64,000 nt of DNA from the NCBI GenBank assembly GCA_965287045.1, contig OZ336888.1:15872001-15936000 (forward strand), read 5' to 3'. This document shows positions 1 to 13,000 of this stretch, in pieces (position 1 is the stretch's first letter; each line of letters opens with the position of its first letter). The translations under genes were made by a program, and so were the position numbers. This DNA comes from Carcharhinus amblyrhynchos (taxonomy: Eukaryota). Under the pieces are notes generated by a model. The model was given only the letters and a program-made list of their open reading frames with translations, had not been told where the DNA came from and searched no databases.

Positions 1-390
1 CTGATATTCATGTTGAACAATTTGTAATTGAATACTCTGCAGCATTTTTTTTGTTAGCTTGGAGCAGCACCAACTAGGATGATGATAAATCCCATTGTTT
101 CTGAAACTAGGAGTAATGATGGGTGTATTCGTTCACATTGTCACAATAATGTTTCAGTACCTTCAATAATTAGCTTTCACAAGCGAATAACATTTGAAAC
201 TTGTGAAATTTAACATTGTGTACTGAGAGCAGGTCAATGATTTTGTTGTTCCTTCAGGCAACATGGCTGAGGAATTGTTCTGAAGGGAAAGCTCAGAATT
301 TGAGTGAGGGAATTATTGCTGATCTGCGAGATAGTTTATGGGTCATCTTTGATCCTTACTGAGGTGCATGGAATTCCTGGTTAAGAATTT

Positions 391-761
391 AAGAACATAA
401 GAACATAAGAAATAGGAGCAGGAGTAGGCCATCTAGCCCCTCGAGCCTGCCCCGCCATTCAAAAAGATCATGGCTGATCTGTCGTGGCTCAGTTCCACAT
501 TCCAGCCCTCTCCCCATAACCCTTAATCCTCTCTCTTATCAAAAACCCATCAACCCGCGTCTTAAAAATATTTAGCGAGGCAGCCTCCACCACTTCAACG
601 GGCAGAGAATTCCAGAGATTCACCACCCTTTGAGTGAAGAAGTCCCTCCTCAACTCCGTTCTAAACTGCCCCCCCTTTATCTTGAGGCTGTGCCCTCTAG
701 TCCTACTGTCCTTTCTGAGCAGGAAGAGCCTCTCCACCTCTATCCTATCCATCCCATTCAT
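391..761 (-). mobile_element. 5'-truncated CR1-clade LINE fragment (ORF2 C-terminus + 3' UTR)
   Basis: Translation ..[23 protein letters not shown]..; (AAGAACAT)n on + strand is the (ATGTTCTT)n tail; empty site at 18241-18260. Confidence 0.92.
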
Positions 762-867
762 AAGTTCAGTGGGAGTTTAAGATAATGATGCTTATAATTA
801 AACATTTCCTTGGAAATGAATTGCAGTAGTGGTGAATAAATACTGTTCAAATTTCTGTGCTGTTTAG

Positions 868-1070
868 GGCCGACAAGAACTGTAGGAACTGGAGGACCAA
901 TCACTTCAGAGACCACTGTTGGTGGTGAGTTTTGCTTTCATCATACCTGCCACGTTAAATTAATTTGTGTGCTTTGTGGACTAATGGTGTTTCATGTTAT
1001 CTCTGCTCCCTAGGGCCAATGGCAATGACTGTGACAGGTACACTTCCTGTTTCTGAGAGCAGAATTACTG
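868..1070 (+). CDS. Exon doublet A/B: 868-924, 1014-1070
   Basis: AG/GT intact, 89-nt intron; [19 protein letters not shown] + [19 protein letters not shown]. Confidence 0.8.
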
Positions 1071-4000
1071 GTGAGCAGAACTTCTTTCATGTTAGAAGCT
1101 GTTGTTAGTATCATGCAATTTGTGATTTTTAACGCTACGATATGTCTACCGTTACGTTGGACCTGCACCAAGCAGCAGGGCAGTATCTGAGATAGTTTCC
1201 GAAACTGTGATTAACAATGATTGAATATATTCTCAGTGCCATACGATGTTTGTGCTGTCAAAGTGTCCCAGGCAAGGGACATGTTGTTGGTGCGTCATTG
1301 CAGGACACTGTATTTTCAGTCCGTTCAGATTGAAAGGTTTGAATGTGTACCAGTTGCGATGTTCCATATTGCTTTTGGTAAGCATCTTCTTTTTCAAATG
1401 TTGTTGTTTTTGCTTTGTCCTGATGGAAAAATGGTCAACAGATAGGAATGAATGATTGCTTTATTTCAGTTTTCGTACACATTTGCTTCTCAATGCAGAA
1501 ACTGTAAAGACATGCATATTGGTGTTTCACTTTCCTCACTGCTAATTGAGGCATCTTCATGATGATACTGACAGAGCTTTTCACTGAATGGAAGTTGGAA
1601 TATTAAGTGCTAACTGATAGAGTAGATCTCTTGCATTATCAATTGTAACATTCAGAAGAGGACAGTTTTATTGAATATGATAATTAATCATAATACAAGT
1701 TGTGTTACGTGTCCCTGAAGTCAGCTTGAGACTGAATGGCGGCATTTGTGAATTTAAAAAGACATTAATAAGGCAGATTGTCCAAACTTTAATGAGCACT
1801 GGTAGATCCTGGTATTGACATTCTGCATTGCTCTTTTGGAAGTGTAAATTGAAATTTAAAATTTGATATATTTACATTTGCATTTTGAAGAGCTAGGATT
1901 TTGGTGCTATTGATGTTAGATCGCTAAATCCATTTATTCGCATGACTCATGATAGGTAAGGCAACAGGAGATTCGAGATGTGCAGTAATACGTGGTTTGT
2001 CTATAACCGAAAGGCCGAACGGAAAGTATCTCATTTGTAGACTTGCAGAATGACAGAGTCTTTTATTTTGGTTTGGCAGTATGGTAGACCTTGCCAGTGC
2101 AATTTATATGCAGACAGACTGTCATAATTATTCCTTCCAACAGAATAAATTCAAAGCAGTAAATTTCAATACCATAACGAATTCCTGATTGGAAATGCCA
2201 CTTGTTCAGTGGGAGTTTTGAAAGAAACACTTTATTCTTTTGAAAAGAAATGATTTAGTCACCGTTGATATATCACTTTTATTGGCAAATAACATCCAAA
2301 TAATTTTGAGAAAATTTAGTGCCGCATTTACTGACTCTCTGTTAAATTTTTTGTAATTTCCTGAAAAGTAACTGGTTTTTGCGGGCAACTTGGTCGAGGA
2401 CCTGTTGTGCATGGCAAGCGCCGCATTTGTGGGTGGGAATGATCAATTGTAGTTTGCGTTCCAATATTTTCCTTTTCTCTTCCAATTTGGAAACATTTGC
2501 CACTTGAGAGTTTGACTGACATAATGATGCTAAGGGGAATAAAAAAATCTTGGGAAACAATTGCAGCAGTAATGAATAAATATTCTATGCAATGTCCACT
2601 TTTCTTTAGGGCCGACACCATTCATTGGAACTGGAAGACCTACAACTTCAGAGACTACTGTCAGTGGTGAGTATTGTTTTTTGCATCCTCGTCACCTGCA
2701 ATTAATTTATTTGATTGGCATTTTAATATTGTTTAAAATTTTCGCTACTACATAGGGCTAACAGCAATGACTCCATCAGGTGTACCAATTGTCCCTGAGA
2801 CAGCAATTACTGGTGAGTAGATCTCCTTACACATTATAACCTAATATTAAGATTGAGCGATTTGTAATTTAATACCATGGAGCATTTTTTCTGTTACCTT
2901 GGATGGTAGTAACTCCCATTGTTTCTGAAATGAAGAGTAATGATGGGTGTATTCATTCACATTGTCAGAATAGTATTTCAGAAACTATAATAATTAGCTT
3001 TCACAAGCAAACAACATTTGATACTTGTGAACTTGAACATTGTGTTTGCTGAGACCAGGTCAATCCTACTGTTATTCCTTCAGGCTAAGGAACTGTTCTG
3101 AAGGGAAACCTCAGAATTTGAGTGAGATAATTATTGCTGATCTGCGCAATAGTTTATGGGTCACATTTGTTACTTACTGTGGTCAAGGAATTCCTGGTTA
3201 AGAATTTGACTAAGATAATGATGCTTATAACCAAACATTTCCTTTGAAATGAATCACGGTAGTCGTGAATAAATACTCCGTCCAAATTTCTGTGCTGTTT
3301 AGGGCCAACAACAACTGCAGGAACTGGAGGACCAACAACTTCAGAGACCACCGTCAGTGGTGAGCTTTAGTTTTATCGCACTTACTGCATGAAATCAATT
3401 TGTGTGTTTGTGGACTAATGTTATTTCATATTATCTCTGCTCCCTAGGGCCAATGGCAATGACTGTGACAGGTACACTCCCTGTTTCTGAGAGCAGAATT
3501 ACTGGTGAGCAGAGCTTCTTTCGTGTTATAAGCTGCTGTTAGTTTTGTGCTATTTGTGATTTTTAACGATGATTTTTGAATGACACCCTTTATTCTTTGG
3601 AAAACAAATGATTTAGTCAGCTTTAATATTTCACTTTTACTGGCAAATAACATCCAAATCATTTTGAGAAAATTTAATGCCACATTTGCTGACCCCATGT
3701 TGAATTTTTTGTAATTGCCTGAAGAGTAGCTGGTTTTTGAAGGCAACTTCTTCGAGGAACTGTTCTGAATGGTGAGCGCTGCATGTATGGAAGGGAATGA
3801 TTAATTTTATAGTTTGCGTTTGGATATCTTTTTCCCTTCGTAATGTGGAACCATTTGCAACTTGAGGCTTTGAATTACATAATGATGCTAAGATGAATAG
3901 AATGTCTTGGGAAGCAATTTCAGTGGTAATGAATAAATATTCTGTACAAATTCTGCTTCTCTTTAGGACTGACACTGTTCACAGGAACTGGAAAACCTAC

Positions 4001-7000
4001 AACTTCAGAGACTACCATCAGTGGTGAGTATTGTTTTTGGCATTCTCATCACCTGATATTAATTTATTTGATTGGCAGATTAATATTATATCAAATTTGC
4101 TCCACTCCTTAGGACCAACAGCAATGACTCCATCAGGCAGACCAACTGTTCCTGAGACAGCAATTACTGGTGAGTAGATCTCCTTACACATTATAATTTG
4201 ATGTTAATGTTGAGCAATTTGTAATTTAATACTCTGCAGCATTTTTTTCTGTTACCTTGGACAAACACCAGCTAGGGTGACAGTAAATTCTATTGTTTCT
4301 GAAACTGGGAGTAATGATGGGAGTATTCATTCACATTGTCACAATAATATTTCAATAATTCTGAATAATTAACTTTCGTAAGCAAACAACATTTGAAATT
4401 TGTGAAATTTAACATTGTGTTGCTGAGAGGAGCTCTATGATATTGCTATTCCTTCAGGCTGAGGAACTATTCTGAAGAGAAACCTCAGAATTTGAGTGAG
4501 GGAATTATTGCTGATCCACAATTATGGTTCACATTTGATCCTTACTGAGGTGCAAGCAATTCCTGGTTAAGAATTTGACTAAGATAATGATGCTTATCAC
4601 TAAATATTTCCTTGGAAATGAACTGCAGTAGCAGTGAATAAATACTCTGTCCAAATTACTGTGCTGTTTAGGGATAACAATAACTGCAGGAACTGGAGGA
4701 CCAACCACTTCAGAGACCACCGTCAGTGGTGAGTTCCAGTTTTATCATGCTCGGCACAGGAAATGAACTTGCATGCTTTGTGAACTAATATTGTTTGACA
4801 TTATCTGTGCGCCCTAGGGCCAATGGCAATGACAGTGACAGGTACACTTCCTGTTTCTGAGAGCAGAATTACTGGTGAGCAGAGCTTCTTTCATATTATA
4901 ACCTTCTGTTAGTTTTGTGCTAATTGTGATTTTTAACTCTGCCACAAGTCTGCAGAGTTGCTGGACCTGCACCAGGTAGCAGGGCAGTCACTCAGATTAT
5001 TTCCGACGCTGGAATTCACAATGAGTGAATATATTCTCAGTGTCGTATAATTTTTGCACTGCCAAGATGACCGAGCCAAGGGACATGTTGTTGGTGCATC
5101 ATTGCAGTTCACTGTATTTTCAGTGGATTCAGATGCAATGGTATAAATGTGCACCAATTGAGTTGTTCCATATTGCTTTCGGTAAGCATCTTATTGGTTG
5201 AATATGCTTGTTTCTGCTTTGTACTGATAATACTTTCTGATGGGAAAATGGTCAATGGATAGGAATTAGTGATTGCTTTATTTCAGGTTTTGTGCACATT
5301 TACTTCTCAGTGCAGAAACTGTAAACACATACATGTTGGTGTTTTACTTGCCTCACTGCTAATTGATGCATATTCATGTTGACGCTGACAGAGCTTTTCA
5401 TTGAACAGAAATTGGAATAAACATGCTTCCTGAGAAAGTAGATGTCTTGAATTTTGAATAATAATGTTTAGAAGAGGGCAGTGTTATTGGCTATGATTAT
5501 TGAGCAAAATGTAGGCTGACACGATCTTGTGAATATGAACGGCAGCATATTTATATTCAAATGGACAGTAATGAGCAGAACTGTCCAATTTGTAATGGGT
5601 AATGGAAAATGCTGGTGTTGACGTTCTGAATTTGTGTAATGGAAGCGAATATTGAAATTTGGAGTCTGTCCATTTGAGTCATGCATTTGAATTTTGAAGA
5701 CCTTGGAAATTGCTGCCATTCAGTTTGGAAGCTGTATCCATTTATTTGCATGGATGATGATGGCTTAGACAATGATACTTTGAGGAGTACAATAATGCTT
5801 GTTCATTCTGAGAAGGAATAGTCAGGCTCAAAAGTATCCAATTTGTAGAATGCAGCAGAGTGTGATTTGACCCACCTTCCTCCTCCTACGCGCTCTGCCT
5901 GAAAAAAAAGGTGCGATTCTGAATCATGCCGCAGAAGCCTGTGGGTGAGGTTGATCGCCTCTGAAACACTGCAGCTGCGATCGGAGCCTTTAACTGCGTA
6001 AAAGCTTTGAAAAATGCTTCCCCGCTACATCACTCAATAATGGCTCCCACCCCGGGCCCCACAGACATTGCCTGACCTCCACAACGTTACTGACCCCCTT
6101 ATCCTCCCACCCCTTGTTCCCTCCAGACCGATCACAGCCCCCTGCTCATCTTCCCTCCTCCACCGATGTCACGCAGAGTGGCACTTGACTACTCCTTCCA
6201 CTCCGCCCTCACCAGAGAGCGATCTGATCCGCATCCCTCTTCCTCCCTACCAAAGACCGATCTTACTCAGCTGCCTCCTTCCTCACCACCAGTAAGGATA
6301 TGACCAACCTTCGTCCTCCCCCGATCAAAGATCCATCTGACCCGCCACCCCCCACCAGAAATCCATCTGATCCGCCTTCCTTGTCACCCCCCCATCAGAG
6401 ATCCATCTGACCCACCTCCCTCCTTCCCCATCACCAGAGAGCATTCTGGCCTGCCTCCCTCCTCCTCCCCCACCAGAGATCATCTGGCCCACCTCCCTCC
6501 CCCTCACCCTCCTGCTCTGCAACTGCCAATCTCAGTTAGGGAGAGCTGTTGGAAACTCTGAAATTACCTCTTCAGAAGCTGGAGCGCCCGAAACAGATCT
6601 TTGCGGACAATGTCTGTTTCACGCTGAATCTGAATGTGCGAACGCAATGGTAAAGGGGGAAATGCCAGTAAGTTTGGACATCCAACCCATTAAGTCAATT
6701 TAAATGCATTTCAATTGACATTGCGCCTGTTTCGGGCACGGTGCTGATCACGGCCATTTTAGGCGATTGGTAGAGGGGGGATCAGACACGCGGATGGTTG
6801 CAAATCAAGGTACCTGCCTCACGTCTGACTCTACTAAGTTATCATGCTCCAAAATGGGTGCAACCAATTTGTAAAAGCAGGCTCATAATAATGCTGATAC
6901 TAAACATTTCCTTGGAAATGAATTGCAGTAGTAGTGAATAAATACTCTGTACCAATTTCTGTGCTGTTTAGGGCCAACAAGAACTGTAGGAACTGGAGGA

Positions 7001-10000
7001 CCAATCACTTCAGAGACCACTGTCAGTGGTGAGTTTTGGTTTTATCGTAATGGCCACATCAAATTAATTTGTGTGCTTCGTGGACTAACCTTGTTTCATA
7101 TTATCTCTGTTCCCTCGGGCCAATAGCAATGACTGTGACAGGAACACTTCCTGTTTTTGAGAGCAGAATTACTGGTGAGCAGAACTTCTTTCACGTTATA
7201 AACTGCCGTTATTTTTTGTGCAATTTGTGATTTTTAACTCTATCATAGTTCTGCAGTTACATTGGATCTGTACCAGATAGCAGGGCAGTCACTCAGATAG
7301 TTTCAGAAACTTTGATAAACTATGATTGAATGTATTCTCTGTGTCAGATGATGTTTGTGATGCCAAGGTGTCCCAGGCAAGGGACATGTTGTTGGTGCGT
7401 CATTGCAGTTCACTGCATTTTCAGGCCATTCAGATGGAAGGGTTTGAATGTGTACCAGTTGAGTTGTTCCATTTTGCTTTTGGTCAGCATCTTCTTGTTT
7501 GAATGTGCTTGTTTTTGCTTTATCCTGATAGTAAAATGTCCAACAGATAGGAATGAGTGATTGCTTTATTTCAGTTTTTGTACACACTTGCTTCTCAGTG
7601 CAGAAACTGTAAACACATGCATGTTGGTGTTTTACTTGTCTCACTGCTAATTGATGCATATTCATGTTGAGACTGACAGCGCTTTTCATTGAACAGAAAT
7701 TTGAATAGTGCATGCAACCTGATACAGTAGATGTCTTGCATTATCAATTATAATGATTGGAAGAGGACAATGTTATTGATATAATTATTGATCATAATGT
7801 CGGTTGTGTCCACGAAGTCCGCATGAGACCATGAATAGCAGCATTTCTGAATTTCATAAGTTACTAGTGAGACAGACTGTCCAAACTTTAATGAACACTG
7901 GTAGATCCTGCTTTTGACATTCTGTTTTGGAAGCGTATATTGCAATTTAAAATCTAACATATTTGCATTTGCATTTTGAAGAGCTCGGGTTTTGGTGCTG
8001 TTGATTTTAGATTGCTGAATGCATTTATTCGCGTGAATGATGATTATAAAGCATCAGGGGATTTAAGATATATAGTAATGCACAGTTTGTCTGTGACCGA
8101 AAAGCCAAACGGAATGCACCTCATTTGTTGATTTGCAGAATGACGCAGTCTTTTATTTTGATTTGGCAGTATGATATACCTTGCTGGTGAAATTTATATG
8201 CAGACAGACAGACATAATTATTCCTTCCAACAGAATAAATTCAAAGCAGTAATTTCAATATCAAAACAAATTCCTGATTGGAAATGGCAGTTGTTCAGTG
8301 GGATTTTTGACAATCAAACTTTATCCTTTGAAAAACGAATGATTTAATCAGCTTTAAAATTTAACTTTTACTGGCAAATAACATCCAAATCATTTTGAGA
8401 AAATTTAATGCCACATTTGCTGACTCCATGTTGAATATTTTGTAATTACCTGAAGAGTAGCTGGTTTTTGAAGGCAACTTATTCGAGGAACTGTTCTCAA
8501 TGATAAGCGCCGCATGTGTGGAAGGGAATGATTAATTTTATAGTTTGCCTATGGATATCTTCCTTTTTCCTTCAAAATGTGGAACCATTTGCCACTTGAG
8601 GCTTTGAATGACATAACGATGCTGAGATGAATGAAAAATCTTGGGAAACAATTGCAGCGGTAGTCAATAAATATTCTGTTCAAATTCCACTTTTCTTTAG
8701 GGTCGACACCATTTACAGGAACTGGAAGACCTACAACGTCTGAAACCACTGTCAGTGGTGAGTATTGTTTTTAGCATCCTCGTCACCTGCAATAAGTTGG
8801 TTTGAGTGGTGGATTAATATTGTTTGAAATTTTCTGGACTACATAGGGCCAACAGCAATGACTCCATCAGGTGTACCAACTGTTCCCGTGACAGCAATTA
8901 CAGGTGAGTGGATCTCCTTACACATTATAACCTGATATTCATGTTGAACAATTTGTAATTGAATACTCTGCAGCATTTTTTTTGTTAGCTTGGAGCAGCA
9001 CCAACTAGGATGATGATAAATCCCATTGTTTCTGAAACTAGGAGTAATGATGGGTGTATTCGTTCACATTGTCACAATAATGTTTCAGTACCTTCAATAA
9101 TTAGCTTTCACAAGCAAATAACATTTGAAACTTGTGAAATTTAACATTGTGTACTGAGAGCAGGTCAATGATTTTGTTGTTCCTTCAGGCAACATGGCTG
9201 AGGAATTGTTCTGAAGGGAAAGCTCAGAATTTGAGTGAGGGAATTATTGCTGATCTGCGAGATAGTTTATGGGTCATCTTTGATCCTTACTGAGGTGCAA
9301 GGAATTCCTGGTTAAGAATTTAAGAACATAAGAACATAAGAAATAGGAGCAGGAGTAGGCCATCTAGCCCCTCGAGCCTGCCCCACCATTCAAAAAGACC
9401 ATGGCTGATCTGTCGTGGCTCAGTTCCACATTCCAGCCCTCTCCCCATAACCCTTAATCCCCTTGCCTATCAAAAACCTATCAACCCGCGTCTTAAAAAT
9501 ATTTAGCGAGGCAGCCTCCACCACTTCAACGGGCAGAGAATTCCAGAGATTCACCACCCTTTGAGTGAAGAAGTCCCTCCTCAACTCCGTTCTAAACTGC
9601 CCCCCCTTTATCTTGAGGCTGTGCCCTCTAGTCCTACTGCCCTTCCTGAGCGGGAAGAGCCTCTCCACCTCTATCCTATCCATCCCATTCATAAGTTCAG
9701 TGGGAGTTTAAGATAATGATGCTTATAATTAAACATTTCCTTGGAAATGAATTGCAGTAGTGGTGAATAAATACTGTTCAAATTTCTGTGCTGTTTAGGG
9801 CCGACAAGAACTGTAGGAACTGGAGGACCAATCACTTCAGAGACCACTGTTGGTGGTGAGTTTTGCTTTCATCATACCTGCCACGTTAAATTAATTTGTG
9901 TGCTTTGTGGACTAATGTTGTTTCATGTTATCTCTGCTCCCTAGGGCCAATGGCAATGACTGTGACAGGTACACTTCCTGTTTCTGAGAGCAGAATTACT

Positions 10001-13000
10001 GGTGAGCAGAACTTCTTTCATGTTAGAAGCTGTTGTTAGTATCATGCAATTTGTGATTTTTAACGCTACGATATGTCTACCGTTACGTTGGACCTGCACC
10101 AAGCAGCAGGGCAGTATCTGAGATAGTTTCCGAAACTGTGATTAACAATGATTGAATATATTCTCAGTGCCATACGATGTTTGTGCTGTCAAAGTGTCCC
10201 AGGCAAGGGACATGTTGTTGGTGCGTCATTGCAGGACACTGTATTTTCAGTCCGTTCAGATTGAAAGGTTTGAATGTGTACCAGTTGCGATGTTCCATAT
10301 TGCTTTTGGTAAGCATCTTCTTTTTCAAATGTTGTTGTTTTTGCTTTGTCCTGATGGAAAAATGGTCAACAGATAGGAATGAATGATTGCTTTATTTCAG
10401 TTTTCGTACACATTTGCTTCTCAATGCAGAAACTGTAAAGACATGCATATTGGTGTTTCACTTTCCTCACTGCTAATTGAGGCATCTTCATGATGATACT
10501 GACAGAGCTTTTCACTGAATGGAAGTTGGAATATTAAGTGCTAACTGATAGAGTAGATCTCTTGCATTATCAATTGTAACATTCAGAAGAGGACAGTTTT
10601 ATTGAATATGATAATTAATCATAATACAAGTTGTGTTACGTGTCCCTGAAGTCAGCTTGAGACTGAATGGCGGCATTTGTGAATTTAAAAAGACATTAAT
10701 AAGGCAGACTGTCCAAACTTTAATGAGCACTGGTAGATCCTGGTATTGACATTCTGCATTGCTCTTTTGGAAGTGTAAATTGAAATTTAAAATTTGATAT
10801 ATTTACATTTGCATTTTGAAGAGCTAGGATTTTGGTGCTATTGATGTTAGATCGCTAAATCCATTTATTCGCATGACTCATGATAGGTAAGGCAACAGGA
10901 GATTCGAGATGTGCAATAATACGTGGTTTGTCTATAACCGAAAGGCCGAACGGAAAGTATCTCATTTGTAGACTTGCAGAATGACAGAGTCTTTTATTTT
11001 GGTTTGGCAGTATGGTAGACCTTGCCAGTGCAATTTATATGCAGACAGACTGTCATAATTATTCCTTCCAACAGAATAAATTCAAAGCAGTAAATTTCAA
11101 TACCATAACGAATTCCTGATTGGAAATGCCACTTGTTCAGTGGGAGTTTTGAAAGAAACACTTTATTCTTTTGAAAAGAAATGATTTAGTCACCGTTGAT
11201 ATATCACTTTTATTGGCAAATAACATCCAAATAATTTTGAGAAAATTTAGTGCCGCATTTACTGACTCTCTGTTAAATTTTTTGTAATTTCCTGAAAAGT
11301 AACTGGTTTTTGCGGGCAACTTGGTCGAGGACCTGTTGTGCATGGCAAGCGCCGCATTTGTGGGTGGGAATGATCAATTGTAGTTTGCGTTCCAATATTT
11401 TCCTTTTCTCTTCCAATTTGGAAACATTTGCCACTTGAGAGTTTGACTGACATAATGATGCTAAGGGGAATAAAAAAATCTTGGGAAACAATTGCAGCAG
11501 TAATGAATAAATATTCTATGCAACGTGCACTTTTCTTTAGGGCCGACACCATTCATTGGAACTGGAAGACCTACAACTTCAGAGACTACTGTCAGTGGTG
11601 AGTATTGTTTTTTGCATCCTCGTCACCTGCAATTAATTTATTTGATTGGCATTTTAATATTGTTTAAAATTTTCGCTACTACATAGGGCTAACAGCAATG
11701 ACTCCATCAGGTGTACCAATTGTCCCTGAGACAGCAATTACTGGTGAGTAGATCTCCTTACACATTATAACCTAATATTAAGATTGAGCGATTTGTAATT
11801 TAATACCATGGAGCATTTTTTCTGTTACCTTGGATGGTAGTAACTCCCATTGTTTCTGAAATGAAGAGTAATGATGGGTGTATTCATTCACATTGTCAGA
11901 ATAGTATTTCAGAAACTATAATAATTAGCTTTCACAAGCAAACAACATTTGATACTTGTGAACTTGAACATTGTGTTTGCTGAGACCAGGTCAATGCTAC
12001 TGTTATTCCTTCAGGCTGAGGAACTGTTCTGAAGGGAAACCTCAGAATTTGAGTGAGATAATTATTGCTGATCTGCGCAATAGTTTATGGGTCACATTTG
12101 TTACTTACTGTGGTCAAGGAATTCCTGGTTAAGAATTTGACTAAGATAATGATGCTTATAACCAAACATTTCCTTTGAAATGAATCACGGTAGTCGTGAA
12201 TAAATACTCCGTCCAAATTTCTGTGCTGTTTAGGGCCAACAACAACTGCAGGAACTGGAGGACCAACAACTTCAGAGATCACCGTCAGTGGTGAGTTTTG
12301 GTTTTATCGCACTTACTGCATGAAATCAATTTGTGTGTTTGTGGACTAATGTTATTTCATATTATCTCTGCTCCCTAGGGCCAATGGCAATGACTGTGAC
12401 AGGTACACTCCCTGTTTCTGAGAGCAGAATTACTGGTGAGCAGAGCTTCTTTCGTGTTATAAGCTGCTGTTAGTTTTGTGCTATTTGTGATTTTTAACTA
12501 GGATTTTTGAATGACACCCTTTATTCTTTGGAAAACAAATGATTTAGTCAGCTTTAACATTTCACTTTTACTGGCAAATAACATCCAAATCATTTTGAGA
12601 AAATTTAATGCCACATTTGCTGACCCCATGTTGAATTTTTTGTAATTGCCTGAAGAGTAGCTGGTTTTTGAAGGCAACTTATTCGAGGAACTGTTCTGAA
12701 TGGTGAGCGCTGCATGTATGGAAGGGAATGATTAATTTTATAGTTTGCGTTTGGATATCTTTTTCCCTTCGTAATGTGGAACCATTTGCAACTTGAGGCT
12801 TTGAATTACATAATGATGCTAAGATGAATAGAATGTCTTGGGAAGCAATTTCAGTGGTAATGAATAAATATTCTGTACAAACTCTGCTTCTCTTTAGGAC
12901 CGACACCGTTCACAGGAACTGGAAAACCTACAACTTCAGAGACTACCATCAGTGGTGAGTATTGTTTTTGGCATTCTCATCACCTGATATTAATTTATTT

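Noticed and set aside
1221-1455. Recurrent Cys-rich short ORFs (..[16 protein letters not shown]..) and minus-strand ORFs upstream of exon C
   Set aside because: They lie in repeated intron sequence, are frameshifted or truncated differently in each copy, and are deleted outright in some units.
3154-3351. Recurrent minus-strand ORFs starting [13 protein letters not shown]..
   Set aside because: They are the antisense shadow of exon A plus intron. Lengths and frames vary between copies, and the splice signals point to the plus strand.
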